Assembly (NCBI GenBank): GCA_046331265.1
Contig: JAXLRE010000003.1
Span: forward strand, 10,538 to 74,537
From: Acidimicrobiia bacterium
GTDB lineage: Bacteria; Actinomycetota; Acidimicrobiia; IMCC26256; JAGPDB01
Direction of reading: 5' to 3'
DNA length: 64,000 nt
Under the pieces are notes generated by a model. The model did no database searches and was not told the origin of the DNA. It was given only the letters and a program-made list of their open reading frames with translations. Below, piece by piece: positions 1 to 10,968 of the stretch. Each line of letters begins with the position of its first letter. The first letter of the stretch is position 1. Both the position numbers and the translations under genes were made by a program.

Positions 1-616
1 CAATAATGTCTGTAACTTTTTCACATATTTCTAATGCGAATTCAGGTTCCGTTCCAGTAAAACTTTCTGGAGAGTATTCATAGCGTATAAAAGTTTCAGG
101 TATTGTCTCTTCTAAGTTTCTACATAATCTTGCAGCATCTAATCCAATATCAACAATTCCTGGTTTTTCTAATCTAAATACAACACATCGTTGCAAAGGA
201 GAAGTTGAATTATAAAAATGAACGATTGCTTGTTTTGCACCTTTTAACGATTCATAAGTTTTACGAATCAAGTCTTCACGGCATTGAGTAAGAACCTGAA
301 TAGTCACGTCATCTGGAATTAAATCTTCTTCGATTAATTGTCGTATGAATTCATAGTCTGTTTGGCTTGCCGAAGGAAATCCAACTTCTATTTCTTTGAA
401 TCCCATATTTACAAGAGTTTCAAAAAGACGCTTCTTCCTAACTGGATCCATAGGATCAATTAATGCTTGATTGCCATCACGTAAGTCAACTGAACACCAT
501 ATAGGTGCTTTGTTTAGGAATTTATCTGGCCATGTTCTCTCCGGAAAAGATAGAGGAGTAAATCTCTCGTATTTATCGAATGGCATTTTCTTTGGAGTTA
601 CATTTTTTGGTGGCAT
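1..616 (-). CDS. leuA: 2-isopropylmalate synthase, N-terminal part (gene continues beyond window start)
   Basis: Not in ORF track because it is truncated. My minus-strand translation from the ATG at 616 reads MPPKNVTPKKMPFDKYERFTPLSFPERTWPDKFLNKAPIWCSVDLRDGNQALIDPM... The VDLRDGNQ signature matches long actinobacterial LeuA. It lies directly downstream of leuC-leuD on the same strand. Confidence 0.85.
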   Translation of the reverse strand, partial: MPPKNVTPKKMPFDKYERFTPLSFPERTWPDKFLNKAPIWCSVDLRDGNQALIDPMDPVRKKRLFETLVNMGFKEIEVGFPSASQTDYEFIRQLIEEDLIPDDVTIQVLTQCREDLIRKTYESLKGAKQAIVHFYNSTSPLQRCVVFRLEKPGIVDIGLDAARLCRNLEETIPETFIRYEYSPESFTGTEPEFALEICEKVTDII

Positions 617-640
617 TTTAATTCTTTCGCTTAAATAGGA

Positions 641-1234
641 CTACAAACTTGGCTTATATGTAGGCCTTGTCAGTTCAAAATTTGAGATATCTTCACTATG
701 TTGAAGTGTAATACCAATATCATCAAGACCATTTAACATGCGGTATTGAGAAAATTCATCGAGATCAAAACTTCTATTAGCTATACCTGCTTGTTCACAA
801 CTCCAGGTTTTTGTCTCTACATTGACATCTACTGATATAGAAGAGTTTTCTAATGCAAGCTCCAATAATTTTTCTACATCTTCTTTAGACGCAACAACAG
901 GAACCAAACCAAGTTTTAAACAATTGTTTCTAAAAATATCAGCAAAGCTAGGAGCTATTACGGCTTCGAAACCATAATCTTGTAAGGCCCAAGGGGCATG
1001 CTCTCGTGAAGACCCACATCCAAAGTTCTCTCTAGCAACTAATACATGACCATTTTTATATTCAGCTTTATTCAATATGAACTCTGGGTCGTCACGCCAA
1101 GCAGAAAAAAGGCCTTCACCAAAACCAGTTCTCTCTACACGCTTTAACCAAACTGCAGGTATTATTTGGTCTGTATCGACATCGCTTCTATCTAACGGAA
1201 CAACTGTTGAAGAAATTTGTGTTACTTGTTGCAT
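641..1234 (-). CDS. leuD: 3-isopropylmalate dehydratase small subunit
   Basis: 197 aa with an aconitase swivel domain (NFGCGSSREHAPWAL). Follows leuC. Confidence 0.95.
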   Translation of the reverse strand: MQQVTQISSTVVPLDRSDVDTDQIIPAVWLKRVERTGFGEGLFSAWRDDPEFILNKAEYKNGHVLVARENFGCGSSREHAPWALQDYGFEAVIAPSFADIFRNNCLKLGLVPVVASKEDVEKLLELALENSSISVDVNVETKTWSCEQAGIANRSFDLDEFSQYRMLNGLDDIGITLQHSEDISNFELTRPTYKPSL

Positions 1235-1242
1235 GATTAACC

Positions 1243-2661
1243 CTAACTATCTAAATCTTGTGGTTCTGCAAATTTGCCTACGATGGCTGTCGCTGCTGCG
1301 ATTGCAGGTGAAACTAAATGAGTTCTACCGCCTGGGCCTTGTCGTCCTTCGAAATTTCTATTGCTTGTAGAAGCGCTACGTTCTCCAGGTGTTAGCTTGT
1401 CAGGATTCATTGCTAAACACATTGAACAGCCGGGTTCTCTCCAGTCGAAACCAGCTTCAATAAATATTTGATCTAAACCTTCGTTTTCTGCTTGTTCTTT
1501 AACTTTATGGGATCCAGGAACAACCATTGCGCGAACACCGCTAGCTACTTGTTTTCCTTTGGCAACTTTTGCGGCACTTCGAAGATCTTCAATACGAGAA
1601 TTTGTGCAACTACCTATAAATACTGTGTCCACACTTATATCTTTTATTGGAGTTCCAGGTTCTAATCCCATGTATTCAAGAGCTCGCTTTGCTGAATCAC
1701 GAGCACTTTCGTCGGCAAAATCTTGTATTGACGGAACATTATTATCAATAGTCACACTCATTGCTGGAGTGGTACCCCAAGTAACGAATGGTTTTAAGTC
1801 TGCAGCATCAATCACAATTTCTTTATCAAAAGTTGCATCTTCGTCTGTGCAAAGTTTTTTCCACTGTTCAACAGCTTGATCAAAAAGTTCACCTTTTGGT
1901 GCGTATTGTTTGTCCTTAATGTAATCAAATGTTGTTTGGTCTGGAGCAACTAAACCAGCTTTAGCTCCCGACTCTATTGACATATTACATAATGTCATTC
2001 TTCCTTCCATTGATAAATCACGAATTGCTTCGCCGCGATATTCAATGATGGATCCTTGACCGCCAGAAGTTCCGATTCGATTAATTATTGCAAGAGCAAT
2101 ATCTTTAGCGCTAACACCTTCGGGGGCTTTCCCATTAACAGTTACAGCCATTGTTGTGGGTTTATTTTGAGGAAGAGTCTGTGTAGCTAAAACATGTTCT
2201 ACTTCACTGGTGCCGATTCCAAAAGCAATTGACCCGAAAGCTCCATGTGTTGATGTGTGACTGTCACCGCAAACAATTGTCATTCCTGGTTGAGTCAAAC
2301 CTAATTCTGGACCAATGACGTGGACTATGCCTTGATTCTTATTACCCATCTCGAAACATGTTATGGAAAATTCTTCACAATTTTGTTTTAAGACATCCAT
2401 TTGTTTTTTACTTATAGAGTCAGAAACAATGATTTCACCATTGACTGGGTGATCTGTAGGAACATTATGATCCATAGTCGCCACAGTAAGATCTGGACGA
2501 CGTACCTTACGGCCGTTCATTCTTAAACCATCGAATGCTTGAGGGGAAGTCACCTCATGGACTAAATGAAGGTCTACATACAAAAGATCTGGCTCGCCAG
2601 TTGCTTGACGGACTATATGAGCATCCCAAATTTTTTCAGACAATGTACGTGGTTTATCCAT
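1243..2661 (-). CDS. leuC: 3-isopropylmalate dehydratase large subunit
   Basis: 472 aa with aconitase-family Fe-S motifs ([35 protein letters not shown]). Confidence 0.95.
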   Translation of the reverse strand: MDKPRTLSEKIWDAHIVRQATGEPDLLYVDLHLVHEVTSPQAFDGLRMNGRKVRRPDLTVATMDHNVPTDHPVNGEIIVSDSISKKQMDVLKQNCEEFSITCFEMGNKNQGIVHVIGPELGLTQPGMTIVCGDSHTSTHGAFGSIAFGIGTSEVEHVLATQTLPQNKPTTMAVTVNGKAPEGVSAKDIALAIINRIGTSGGQGSIIEYRGEAIRDLSMEGRMTLCNMSIESGAKAGLVAPDQTTFDYIKDKQYAPKGELFDQAVEQWKKLCTDEDATFDKEIVIDAADLKPFVTWGTTPAMSVTIDNNVPSIQDFADESARDSAKRALEYMGLEPGTPIKDISVDTVFIGSCTNSRIEDLRSAAKVAKGKQVASGVRAMVVPGSHKVKEQAENEGLDQIFIEAGFDWREPGCSMCLAMNPDKLTPGERSASTSNRNFEGRQGPGGRTHLVSPAIAAATAIVGKFAEPQDLDS

Positions 2662-2728
2662 ATATAAAGTCTAATTAATAAAAAACGTAAATATCGAACG
2701 ATTATTTACTTTTTCTAATAGGTTTCTA

Positions 2729-3196
2729 CTAGCGAGGTCGAACTGAATGGATTGTTACTTCAAATGTGGCTCTAGGGCCTTCATAAGAAACCTTGTCTCC
2801 TGCTTTTGCTCCCATTAATACTTGTCCTAAAGGTGAGCTAGTTGTGAGCATGTCATATTCATCGTGTTTTTCTTCGATTGAACCGACAAAATATGTGGTG
2901 GTTTCTTCGTCGCCTTCCATTGAGATTTCAACTATGGTCCCAATTGCTACTACGTCACCACTAGGGCCTTCAACGATAGAAGCATTTTTAATAATATGTT
3001 CAAGTTCTCGAACGCGTGCTTCGCTCAAACCCTGTGCGTCTTTTGCTGCATGGTATTCGCCGTTTTCTTTAAGATCACCATGTTCACGGGCTTTTTCTAT
3101 CATTTCAGCAAGCTCTAGACGGTGTTTACCTTTGCGCCATTCGAGTTCTTCAACCAAACGGTCATAAGCCTCTTGAGTTAATTCGTGATTTTCCAT
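2729..3196 (-). CDS. greA: transcription elongation factor GreA
   Basis: 155 aa. N-terminal coiled coil with DLKENGEYHAAK and a C-terminal GreA/GreB domain. Confidence 0.9.
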   Translation of the reverse strand: MENHELTQEAYDRLVEELEWRKGKHRLELAEMIEKAREHGDLKENGEYHAAKDAQGLSEARVRELEHIIKNASIVEGPSGDVVAIGTIVEISMEGDEETTTYFVGSIEEKHDEYDMLTTSSPLGQVLMGAKAGDKVSYEGPRATFEVTIHSVRPR

Positions 3197-3213
3197 GTTT
3201 ATCCTTTAAAAAA

Positions 3214-3894
3214 TTAAGCAGGGACAAAAAGTAACTGCAATTTAAGTTTGCCCGAATCATCTACCTTAGTAAATCCATTATCTGGAGGAAGAATCTTATA
3301 GTCAGCGAGACTGATTTCAAGTTCGCCGCTTACAGTTATAGTTTTACCATCCCATATTGCGTCAAGAGCGATAACGATATTATTTGTTTCACCATGAAGA
3401 GTTAAATCGCCTTCAACATTAATGGTCATTTCTTTATTCTTGATAATATCTTGAACTATCGAAGCAGGAGATGTTTGTTTAAATATTGCTTCGGGAAAAG
3501 CATCTGTTTCTAATCCAGAAGTTTGCATTTCCGAATCTCTTCTAGAAGAGTCACTTTCTAATTTTGTCGTATCTAAAGTAACTCGTGTATCACTTAATGT
3601 TGAACCTGAAATTGTAAATGATCCTGTTACAGCTTTTGATTTTCCAGAAGCAGTTTTCTTAGTGGTATTACCTGCGAATATTTCTTCAATCTCATAGCCA
3701 GCAAAAACATCACTTTGTTGCTTGATTTTCCAATTTCCGTCTGCAGTTGATTTTTCCTGAATCGATTGGTCAGTTTTTGATTTATCAATATTCTTATTAG
3801 AAACCTTCAAATTCTCATCGCGAATCGCAAAATACCATACTGCAACTGATCCTAAAATAAGTACGATAAGTATCGGTATGACAATTTTCTTCAT
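3214..3894 (-). CDS. YceI-like domain protein with N-terminal membrane anchor
   Basis: 226 aa. Has an N-terminal TM helix. Its beta-rich C-terminal part ends GDLTLHGETN...ISLADY, typical of YceI-like polyisoprenoid-binding domains. Confidence 0.6.
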   Translation of the reverse strand: MKKIVIPILIVLILGSVAVWYFAIRDENLKVSNKNIDKSKTDQSIQEKSTADGNWKIKQQSDVFAGYEIEEIFAGNTTKKTASGKSKAVTGSFTISGSTLSDTRVTLDTTKLESDSSRRDSEMQTSGLETDAFPEAIFKQTSPASIVQDIIKNKEMTINVEGDLTLHGETNNIVIALDAIWDGKTITVSGELEISLADYKILPPDNGFTKVDDSGKLKLQLLFVPA

Positions 3895-3971
3895 AAATTT
3901 ATAGTACTAAATGTAAGGAATGCGTGATAGCGCAATGTCCAAATAGTCCCTAAAAATGATAGAATTTCCAA

Positions 3972-5213
3972 ATGTCAAAATCACATGGAATGGGACCTGA
4001 CGAATACGCGAGATATTTGTTTGATCAAGAATTCGCCAGAAGAACACCAAAGGAAAAGAGAGATTTTTTAATTTCTACTATTGATGATTTTGCAAACAAA
4101 GCACAATACTCAAGTCACCGAAATCCAGTTTCTCTTCTAGAAGCTAATACAGCTATCTATGCAGCTGAGTTATTTCTTGGCGTAACAATCAATCTTGGTC
4201 AAACATTATCTGATACTGATAAATATCGAATCACAAAATTGATAGAGCTGCTAGATGGATTACGTTTTGATGATGGAGAAATAAGTACTAAAAAACTAAA
4301 TGAACTTAATAGTCAATTATCAAAACCTCAAGAACAGAAAATTGCTGAACCACAACATCATCAAAATCCGGAAGGTAAGTCCAAACCAAATACTCCTAGA
4401 GAAAAAGTTGAATTAGATCAAGCGATTGTAAAAATTACTTTGAAAGATACTCCTAATCTTCCGAATTCAGAAAAAGCATACTTTGTTCAAATACTTCCTC
4501 AGGAAGAAGGTGATGATCCATTTACAAGTGATTTGAAAAAATTAGTCAGATCTCGATTCGAAAGAGGAGTGCATTCTAACCCTAGAGACGACATAAATGC
4601 TTTATGCCAACAATATGACTGCGTCGATAAATACGACAACACAATTAGACGATTTAACACCTTAGCGGCCAAGTGTGTTAATGAATTATCAAAAATGATA
4701 AGAAATCCAAGTGGAATTACTGACGATCCTAAAACAGCAGTGTATCTTCGAAATACTGCAGTTGGCGCAATAGGTTTATTTTACGAGAACCTACATGAAG
4801 GTCGTTATCAGTCAGATACGATTGTTGATAAAGCATTAAGTGCGAAGAAATTTTTTGTGAGCGATGATTTTAGAAAAATATGTCGTCATGAATGCGCAAA
4901 ATTTCTCTATAGTGATAAAAAAATAGATCGAAAAAATCTCAGAAGATATATGACAATAGGTCATGTTTACGGTAATAGTGATGTTGAATTTTTAGCTGCA
5001 GTTACTCACGTAACCCACGGTCAAAACCATGGAGAGCCCGCAAGAGGTATTGATCCTCACATACGTAAGCACATATCACCAGCAGCACTAAATAAGATGC
5101 CTAGCTGGTTAATGAATGTACGTTATTGTCGCACTAGCGATACAACGTGGAGAGAAGTGGCTCAAAATACAGTTGCTTTATTGCACCCAACGAGAGATAA
5201 TCCTGCGCGTTAG
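3972..5213 (+). CDS. hypothetical protein (no recognisable domain)
   Basis: 413-aa ORF with no TM segment or signal peptide. It fills the gap between core genes. Confidence 0.5.
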   Translation: MSKSHGMGPDEYARYLFDQEFARRTPKEKRDFLISTIDDFANKAQYSSHRNPVSLLEANTAIYAAELFLGVTINLGQTLSDTDKYRITKLIELLDGLRFDDGEISTKKLNELNSQLSKPQEQKIAEPQHHQNPEGKSKPNTPREKVELDQAIVKITLKDTPNLPNSEKAYFVQILPQEEGDDPFTSDLKKLVRSRFERGVHSNPRDDINALCQQYDCVDKYDNTIRRFNTLAAKCVNELSKMIRNPSGITDDPKTAVYLRNTAVGAIGLFYENLHEGRYQSDTIVDKALSAKKFFVSDDFRKICRHECAKFLYSDKKIDRKNLRRYMTIGHVYGNSDVEFLAAVTHVTHGQNHGEPARGIDPHIRKHISPAALNKMPSWLMNVRYCRTSDTTWREVAQNTVALLHPTRDNPAR

Positions 5214-5257
5214 CTCTAGATTTACGCCTAGAATAGTGGCCAAAGAATTGAGGAAAA

Positions 5258-6361
5258 ATGACAGAGCAGATAAAGATAATTAAAAGCTCATCTCCCGCTA
5301 GTGATGAGAAGCGTGAAAATATTTTAGAGAATCCTGGTTTTGGTCTTTCTTTTACAGATCATATGGTTGAAGTTAAATATTCGAGTGATACGCATTGGCA
5401 CGACGGTCAAGTGAAAGCTTTCGGTGATCTGAATTTTTCTCCTGCAATGATGGTCTTTCATTATGGCCAAGCAATATTTGAAGGGTTGAAAGCGTATAGA
5501 ACACCTGAAAATAATTTAGTTTTATTTAGACCTGAAAAAAATGCTCAACGTTTAAATAAATCAGCTGAACGTATGGCAATGCCTATGCTACCAGAAGAAA
5601 TTTTTATTGAAGCATGTGACAAATTAGTTAGGACAGATGAAAATTGGGTTCCTAGTGGTGAAGGACAATCCTTATATCTGCGCCCATTCATGATTGCATC
5701 AGAACAACATTTAGGTCTACGAGCTGCAAATCAATATTTATTCATGGTAATAGCATCTCCAGTAGCACCATTTTTCAGTTCAATTTCTGATGTTCCCGCG
5801 ATAAGCATTTATGCTACAGATAAATATGTTCGTGCAGTACAAGGTGGGACTGGTGCTGCAAAATGTTCTGGTAATTACGCGGCAAGTTTGATAGCTAAAG
5901 ACGAAGCATATGAGTATGGATGTCAAGATGTTTTATGGCGTGACGCGAAAGAACAAAAATATATTGAAGAAATGGGTACGAGCAACGTTTGTTTTGTTTC
6001 AAAATCAAATGATGGAAAGGTCAAATTAATTACTCCAGAACTTTCTGGCTCAATTCTCGATGGTATAACAAGAGATTCAATTCTAACTTTGGCTCAAGAC
6101 AGAGGATACGAGGTGGTTCAAGAACATCTAGTCTTTAACGATGTTCTGTCCAAATTGGAATCTGGTGAAATAAGTGAAGTTTTTTCTTGCGGAACGGCTG
6201 TAACAATTTCTCCAGTTGGTGCGATTGTGACTAAAGATTCGAAAACTGTTGTAGGTGATGGCTCTGCAGGTGAAGTAACAATGTCTTTGCGAAGCGATTT
6301 AATAGACATTCAATATGGCAGGCGTGAAGATCCTCACGGTTGGGTTCACATAATTAAATAA
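5258..6361 (+). CDS. ilvE: branched-chain amino acid aminotransferase
   Basis: 367 aa. Class IV aminotransferase motifs (FHYGQAIFEGLKAYR, GTGAAKCSGNYA), like the 368-aa mycobacterial IlvE type. Confidence 0.9.
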   Translation: MTEQIKIIKSSSPASDEKRENILENPGFGLSFTDHMVEVKYSSDTHWHDGQVKAFGDLNFSPAMMVFHYGQAIFEGLKAYRTPENNLVLFRPEKNAQRLNKSAERMAMPMLPEEIFIEACDKLVRTDENWVPSGEGQSLYLRPFMIASEQHLGLRAANQYLFMVIASPVAPFFSSISDVPAISIYATDKYVRAVQGGTGAAKCSGNYAASLIAKDEAYEYGCQDVLWRDAKEQKYIEEMGTSNVCFVSKSNDGKVKLITPELSGSILDGITRDSILTLAQDRGYEVVQEHLVFNDVLSKLESGEISEVFSCGTAVTISPVGAIVTKDSKTVVGDGSAGEVTMSLRSDLIDIQYGRREDPHGWVHIIK

Positions 6362-6374
6362 AGAGGAAAAATCA

Positions 6375-7370
6375 ATGAGTAAATATTCAATTGCAACAAT
6401 TGGTGGAGACGGAATTGGTCCAGATGTTGTGCAAGAAGCAGAAAAGGTATTACGTGCTGCAGGTTTAGACTACGAATCGACTTCATTCGATTTAGGTGGC
6501 GCAAGATACCTAAAAGATGGCGAAATTCTTAGTGACGATACATTAGAGCAACTGCGAAAGTATGATGCAATTCTTTTAGGTGCTGTTGGTACACCAGATG
6601 TGAAACCGGGCGTAATTGAACGGGGTCTCTTACTCAAAATGCGTTTCGACTTAGATCAATACATAAATCTTCGACCATTTAAAGCAGAAACATCTCCAAG
6701 TGGTCAAAGTGTTGACATGGTATGCGTTCGAGAAAATACTGAAGGGCCATATGTAGGTGAAGGTGGTTTTCTTCGCAAAAATACTCAAAACGAAATTGCA
6801 ACACAAGGTTCAGTAAATACATACCATGGTGTTCAACGCTGTATCCGTTATGCATTTGAACTTGCAAATAAACGTGAACGAAAACATTTAACTTTGGTTC
6901 ACAAGATTAATGTTTTAACTTTTGCTGGTGATCTCTGGAATAGAGTATTTAATGAAGTTGCGTTAGATTTTCCTCAAGTTCAAACTGCATATTGTCATAT
7001 TGATGCTGCATGCATTTATTTTGTTGAAGACCCGTCAAGATTTGATGTGATTGTTACAGACAACTTATTTGGCGACATATTGACTGATTTAGGTGGAGCT
7101 ATCTCTGGCGGAATTGGTCGAGCTGCAAGTGGAAATTTAAATCCAACGAAAACGACTCCTTCAATGTTTGAGCCGGTACATGGCTCAGCACCAGATATTG
7201 CAGGGAAAAATATTGCAGACCCGAGAGCTGCAATAATTTCTGCACAGATGCTTTGTGAATTTTTAGGTGAAGATGATATTGCACAGAAAATATCGAGTGC
7301 ATTAAAAGCTACAAATGACTTTGTTGGATCAACAACAGAAATAGGAGATGCAGTAGCTGCTGCCTGCTAA
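6375..7370 (+). CDS. leuB: 3-isopropylmalate dehydrogenase
   Basis: 331 aa. Motifs GGDGIGPDV and NLFGDILTDLGGAISGGIG place it in the isocitrate/isopropylmalate dehydrogenase family. Confidence 0.9.
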   Translation: MSKYSIATIGGDGIGPDVVQEAEKVLRAAGLDYESTSFDLGGARYLKDGEILSDDTLEQLRKYDAILLGAVGTPDVKPGVIERGLLLKMRFDLDQYINLRPFKAETSPSGQSVDMVCVRENTEGPYVGEGGFLRKNTQNEIATQGSVNTYHGVQRCIRYAFELANKRERKHLTLVHKINVLTFAGDLWNRVFNEVALDFPQVQTAYCHIDAACIYFVEDPSRFDVIVTDNLFGDILTDLGGAISGGIGRAASGNLNPTKTTPSMFEPVHGSAPDIAGKNIADPRAAIISAQMLCEFLGEDDIAQKISSALKATNDFVGSTTEIGDAVAAAC

Positions 7371-7378
7371 CAGATTCC

Positions 7379-8980
7379 ATGGATGAAGAAAAAGAAAAGG
7401 TCTATATTTTTGATACAACATTAAGAGATGGTAGCCAGCTCGAAGGAATATCGTTAAGCGTTGAAGACAAGTTCGCAATATGTGAACAACTAGATCTTTT
7501 AGGTGTTGATTTCATTGAAGCTGGTTGGCCTGGCGCTAACCCAAAAGATTCAGAATTTTTCTCACGGGCAAAAGACGAACTTCATTTGATGAATTCGAGA
7601 CTAGTAGCTTTTGGTTCTACACGTAAAGCAAACAATAATGCACAAAACGATCCAGTAATGGCAAGTTTGCTTGAAGCAAATGTTGATGATGTATGCATTT
7701 TTGGTAAAACATGGGATTATCACGTTACTGAAACTTTAAAAACTTCCTTAGATGAAGGAATCAAGATGATTTTTGATTCTGTTTCATATTTGGTATCAAA
7801 AAATAAAACTGTTCATTTTGATGCAGAACATTTTTTTGATGGATATAAAAACAATCCAAAATATGCACTTGATTGTATCGAATCAGCATGTAATGCAGGC
7901 GCAAAGTTTGTTGTTTTGTGTGACACGAACGGAGGTACATTACCTCATGAGATTAAGGAAATAATTTCACAAGTTAAACAAGTATTGACTAAGTATGATG
8001 TCGTAATTTCAATTCATACACATGACGATGGGGCGTTGGCTGTTGCTAATGCCTTAGAAGCTGTAAGGGCTGGTGCGAGAGAAGTTCAAGGAACAATTAA
8101 CGGTTATGGCGAAAGAACAGGAAACTGTAATTTAATACCAGTAATAGCCAACTTATCTCTCAAGACGAAATACAAAACGAATTCCGATCTTTCACTTCTC
8201 TCAAATGTGGCAATATCAGTTGCTGAACTGGTCAATATGCCATTAAATCCACAAGCAGCATACGTTGGAGAAAAAGCATTTGCTCATAAAGCAGGAGTGC
8301 ATACCTCTGCGATATCTCGTAGAAGCGATGCATATGAGCATATTGATCCTAGTGTCGTGGGAAACAAAACTCGTTTTGTTGTTTCAGAAATGGCCGGAAA
8401 ATCAGCAATTGAAATAAAGGCACATGAATTAGGAATTGAATTAACACAACTACAGATTTCTGAATTAACACAAAAATTAAAAGAACTTGAATATAACGGT
8501 TACCATTTTGAAGTAGCTGAGGCTTCTCTAGAACTGTTGATGCGAAAATTGACAGGATATAAACAGGATTGGTTTGAAATAATAGGTTACGAAGTTCAGG
8601 TAAATGAAAATAATGCTACTTCTCTTAATTTTGACGAATCATCAACTTTATCAACTACTGCGAAAATCGAATTGAGAATTGGCTCAGAAAAATTTATAGA
8701 AATGGCTCATGGGAATGGTCCAGTTAATGCATTAGATAATGCTTTGCGTCAAGCAATTTCTTCGAAGTACCCACAAATAAATAAAGTTCATTTGCTTGAT
8801 TACAAGGTTAGAATTCTAAATTCAGATAAAGCGACAGGAGCTGTTACTCGTGTTCTTATAGTTTCATCTAACGGTAATGAGAGCTGGACAACAATTGGTG
8901 TAAGCCAAAATATTATTGAAGCTTCATGGCAGGCATTGTGTGATGCACTCATTATTGGCTTAATACGAACACAAGATTAG
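7379..8980 (+). CDS. cimA: citramalate synthase / LeuA-family 2 enzyme
   Basis: 533 aa. Starts IFDTTLRDGSQLEGISLSVEDK and has a C-terminal LeuA-dimer-like domain. It is a second LeuA-family gene in addition to leuA at 1-616. Confidence 0.75.
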   Translation: MDEEKEKVYIFDTTLRDGSQLEGISLSVEDKFAICEQLDLLGVDFIEAGWPGANPKDSEFFSRAKDELHLMNSRLVAFGSTRKANNNAQNDPVMASLLEANVDDVCIFGKTWDYHVTETLKTSLDEGIKMIFDSVSYLVSKNKTVHFDAEHFFDGYKNNPKYALDCIESACNAGAKFVVLCDTNGGTLPHEIKEIISQVKQVLTKYDVVISIHTHDDGALAVANALEAVRAGAREVQGTINGYGERTGNCNLIPVIANLSLKTKYKTNSDLSLLSNVAISVAELVNMPLNPQAAYVGEKAFAHKAGVHTSAISRRSDAYEHIDPSVVGNKTRFVVSEMAGKSAIEIKAHELGIELTQLQISELTQKLKELEYNGYHFEVAEASLELLMRKLTGYKQDWFEIIGYEVQVNENNATSLNFDESSTLSTTAKIELRIGSEKFIEMAHGNGPVNALDNALRQAISSKYPQINKVHLLDYKVRILNSDKATGAVTRVLIVSSNGNESWTTIGVSQNIIEASWQALCDALIIGLIRTQD

Positions 8981-8998
8981 TGATAGATTTTATTAGTT

Positions 8999-9532
8999 AT
9001 GGCAACACAAGATTTTATATCACCACAAAAAATAGACCGTCCTCGTCACGAGCAAAATATGCCAGAAGGTATTGAGACTCCCGCTCCAGAATCTTGGTTG
9101 GCAACGCGCCCTGGTGATGACATTAGTAACTCAAATTTTACGAATTCTTATCGTGGTTATAGTGGACCAAATATTGGTTATGCATTAAAACTTGTAAAAC
9201 TTGTTCTGGATGATTTAGTGATCCTTAAGTCCGAGAATAAACATGATGTTGAAGCATTGCTTAGTGAAATTGCTATGAGACGAGCGGCACATTTTGGACG
9301 TGCTCCAATTAAAGACGATGTAATTTTTGCTGCAAATATTTTGGGATATTTAGAAGAACCAAGTCAGGGTGAAGAGAAATGGCGACCCATTTTGGTGCAT
9401 GATTGTGCTCATGATGAGCATCGACGTAGAAAAATAGTCAATTCTGTTCCTGATGTGATTATTGAAGGTAAACACGGTGAGGTTCAAGATTATATATTTA
9501 CATGGTGGGATAATATTAAAGATCTTTTCTAA
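8999..9532 (+). CDS. hypothetical protein
   Basis: 177-aa ORF between cimA and gltX with no recognisable motif. Confidence 0.5.
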   Translation: MATQDFISPQKIDRPRHEQNMPEGIETPAPESWLATRPGDDISNSNFTNSYRGYSGPNIGYALKLVKLVLDDLVILKSENKHDVEALLSEIAMRRAAHFGRAPIKDDVIFAANILGYLEEPSQGEEKWRPILVHDCAHDEHRRRKIVNSVPDVIIEGKHGEVQDYIFTWWDNIKDLF

Positions 9533-9548
9533 AGCTAGACTCATTTAG

Positions 9549-10961
9549 ATGAGTTCTAAACCAGTTTTAAGAATGGCCCCTTCACCTACAGGTCAGTTGC
9601 ATGTAGGTACTGCACGTACAGCATTATTCAACTTCTTATACGCACGACACTTAGGTGCAACATTTCGAATGCGTATTGAAGATACCGATGTAACTCGATC
9701 GAAGCGTGAACATGCTGATGCATTCTGTGAAATGCTTAACTGGATGGGGATAGATTGGGATGACGAAATTGTTTACCAGTCGGACAGATTCGATAAATAT
9801 AGCGAAGCAATAAATGATTTATTGGGTAAAGGTTTAGCTTACGAATGCTTTGAGACTGTTGAAGAACTTGAACAGATCAATGAAGAAAGAAAAGCTAAAA
9901 AACTTCCCCCTGGATACGATGGTCGAGCAAGAAATTTAAGTACGCAACAAATTGAAGAATACAAACAACAAGGTCGTCCCCGTACTGTTCGATTTATAAC
10001 TCCAGATTCCGGCACGAGTGAATTCGAAGATGCGATTCGTGGAACTGTTTCTGTCCAATGGGAAAACGTTAGTGACTTTGTGATTGAAAGAGCAGATAGA
10101 ACTCCTACATTTTTCTTAGCAAATGCTGTAGATGATATAGACATGGGAATCACACACGTTGTTAGGGGAGAAGACTTAATAGACTCGACTCACAGGGTTT
10201 TAGCACTTCGAAAAGCTCTAGGTAGTCAAGAGCAACCCTTTTATGCACATACGCCAATGATTTTGGCACCTGACAGATCGAAGCTTTCTAAACGACACGG
10301 TGCTGTATCTCTAGAAAGCTATAAGCAAGCAGGTTATCTACCTGAAGCCGTAGTGAACTATTTAGTTTTACTTGGATGGTCTCCTCAAGATGGAAGAGAA
10401 ATTGTTTCTTTAGAAGAAATGATAAGTGAATTTGATATTCATAATGTAAATCATTCAGGTGCAATATTTGATATCAAAAAATTGGAATGGATGAATGGTG
10501 AATATATTCGATCAATTTCTAAAGATGATCTTGTAACAAGAATTAAACAAGATGTAGATAACTTATACCCTGATGCTGATCCAAAAGTCGTAGACAGAGC
10601 AGTAGAGCTTGCTCAACCAAGGGCTACAACAGTTAACGCAATAATTGATCAGATGGACTGCTTATTTAATCGAGATTTTTCATTGAGCGAAGAATCAGTG
10701 GAAAAATTAAAGGCTGATGAAAACTCAATAAATATTTTGACTCATGTCAAAAACTATCTGGAGACATGTCAATGGAATATTGAATCAATTGATTTACGTG
10801 AATTAGTAAATAGTCTTGATCTAAAGCCGCGCAAGGCCTTGCCTCTTGTTTACTTAGCAATCGAGAACTCAAACACTGGGCTTCCTTTGTTTGACGTTAT
10901 TTATTTAATCGGCAGAGAAAAATCGTTAGATAGAATAAGTAAAGCAATTAGTTCAATTTAG
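9549..10961 (+). CDS. gltX: glutamate--tRNA ligase
   Basis: 470 aa. HIGH-type motif (PTGQLHVGTARTALFN) and KMSKS-type motif (KLSKRHG). Confidence 0.95.
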   Translation: MSSKPVLRMAPSPTGQLHVGTARTALFNFLYARHLGATFRMRIEDTDVTRSKREHADAFCEMLNWMGIDWDDEIVYQSDRFDKYSEAINDLLGKGLAYECFETVEELEQINEERKAKKLPPGYDGRARNLSTQQIEEYKQQGRPRTVRFITPDSGTSEFEDAIRGTVSVQWENVSDFVIERADRTPTFFLANAVDDIDMGITHVVRGEDLIDSTHRVLALRKALGSQEQPFYAHTPMILAPDRSKLSKRHGAVSLESYKQAGYLPEAVVNYLVLLGWSPQDGREIVSLEEMISEFDIHNVNHSGAIFDIKKLEWMNGEYIRSISKDDLVTRIKQDVDNLYPDADPKVVDRAVELAQPRATTVNAIIDQMDCLFNRDFSLSEESVEKLKADENSINILTHVKNYLETCQWNIESIDLRELVNSLDLKPRKALPLVYLAIENSNTGLPLFDVIYLIGREKSLDRISKAISSI

Positions 10962-10968
10962 GTTATAA

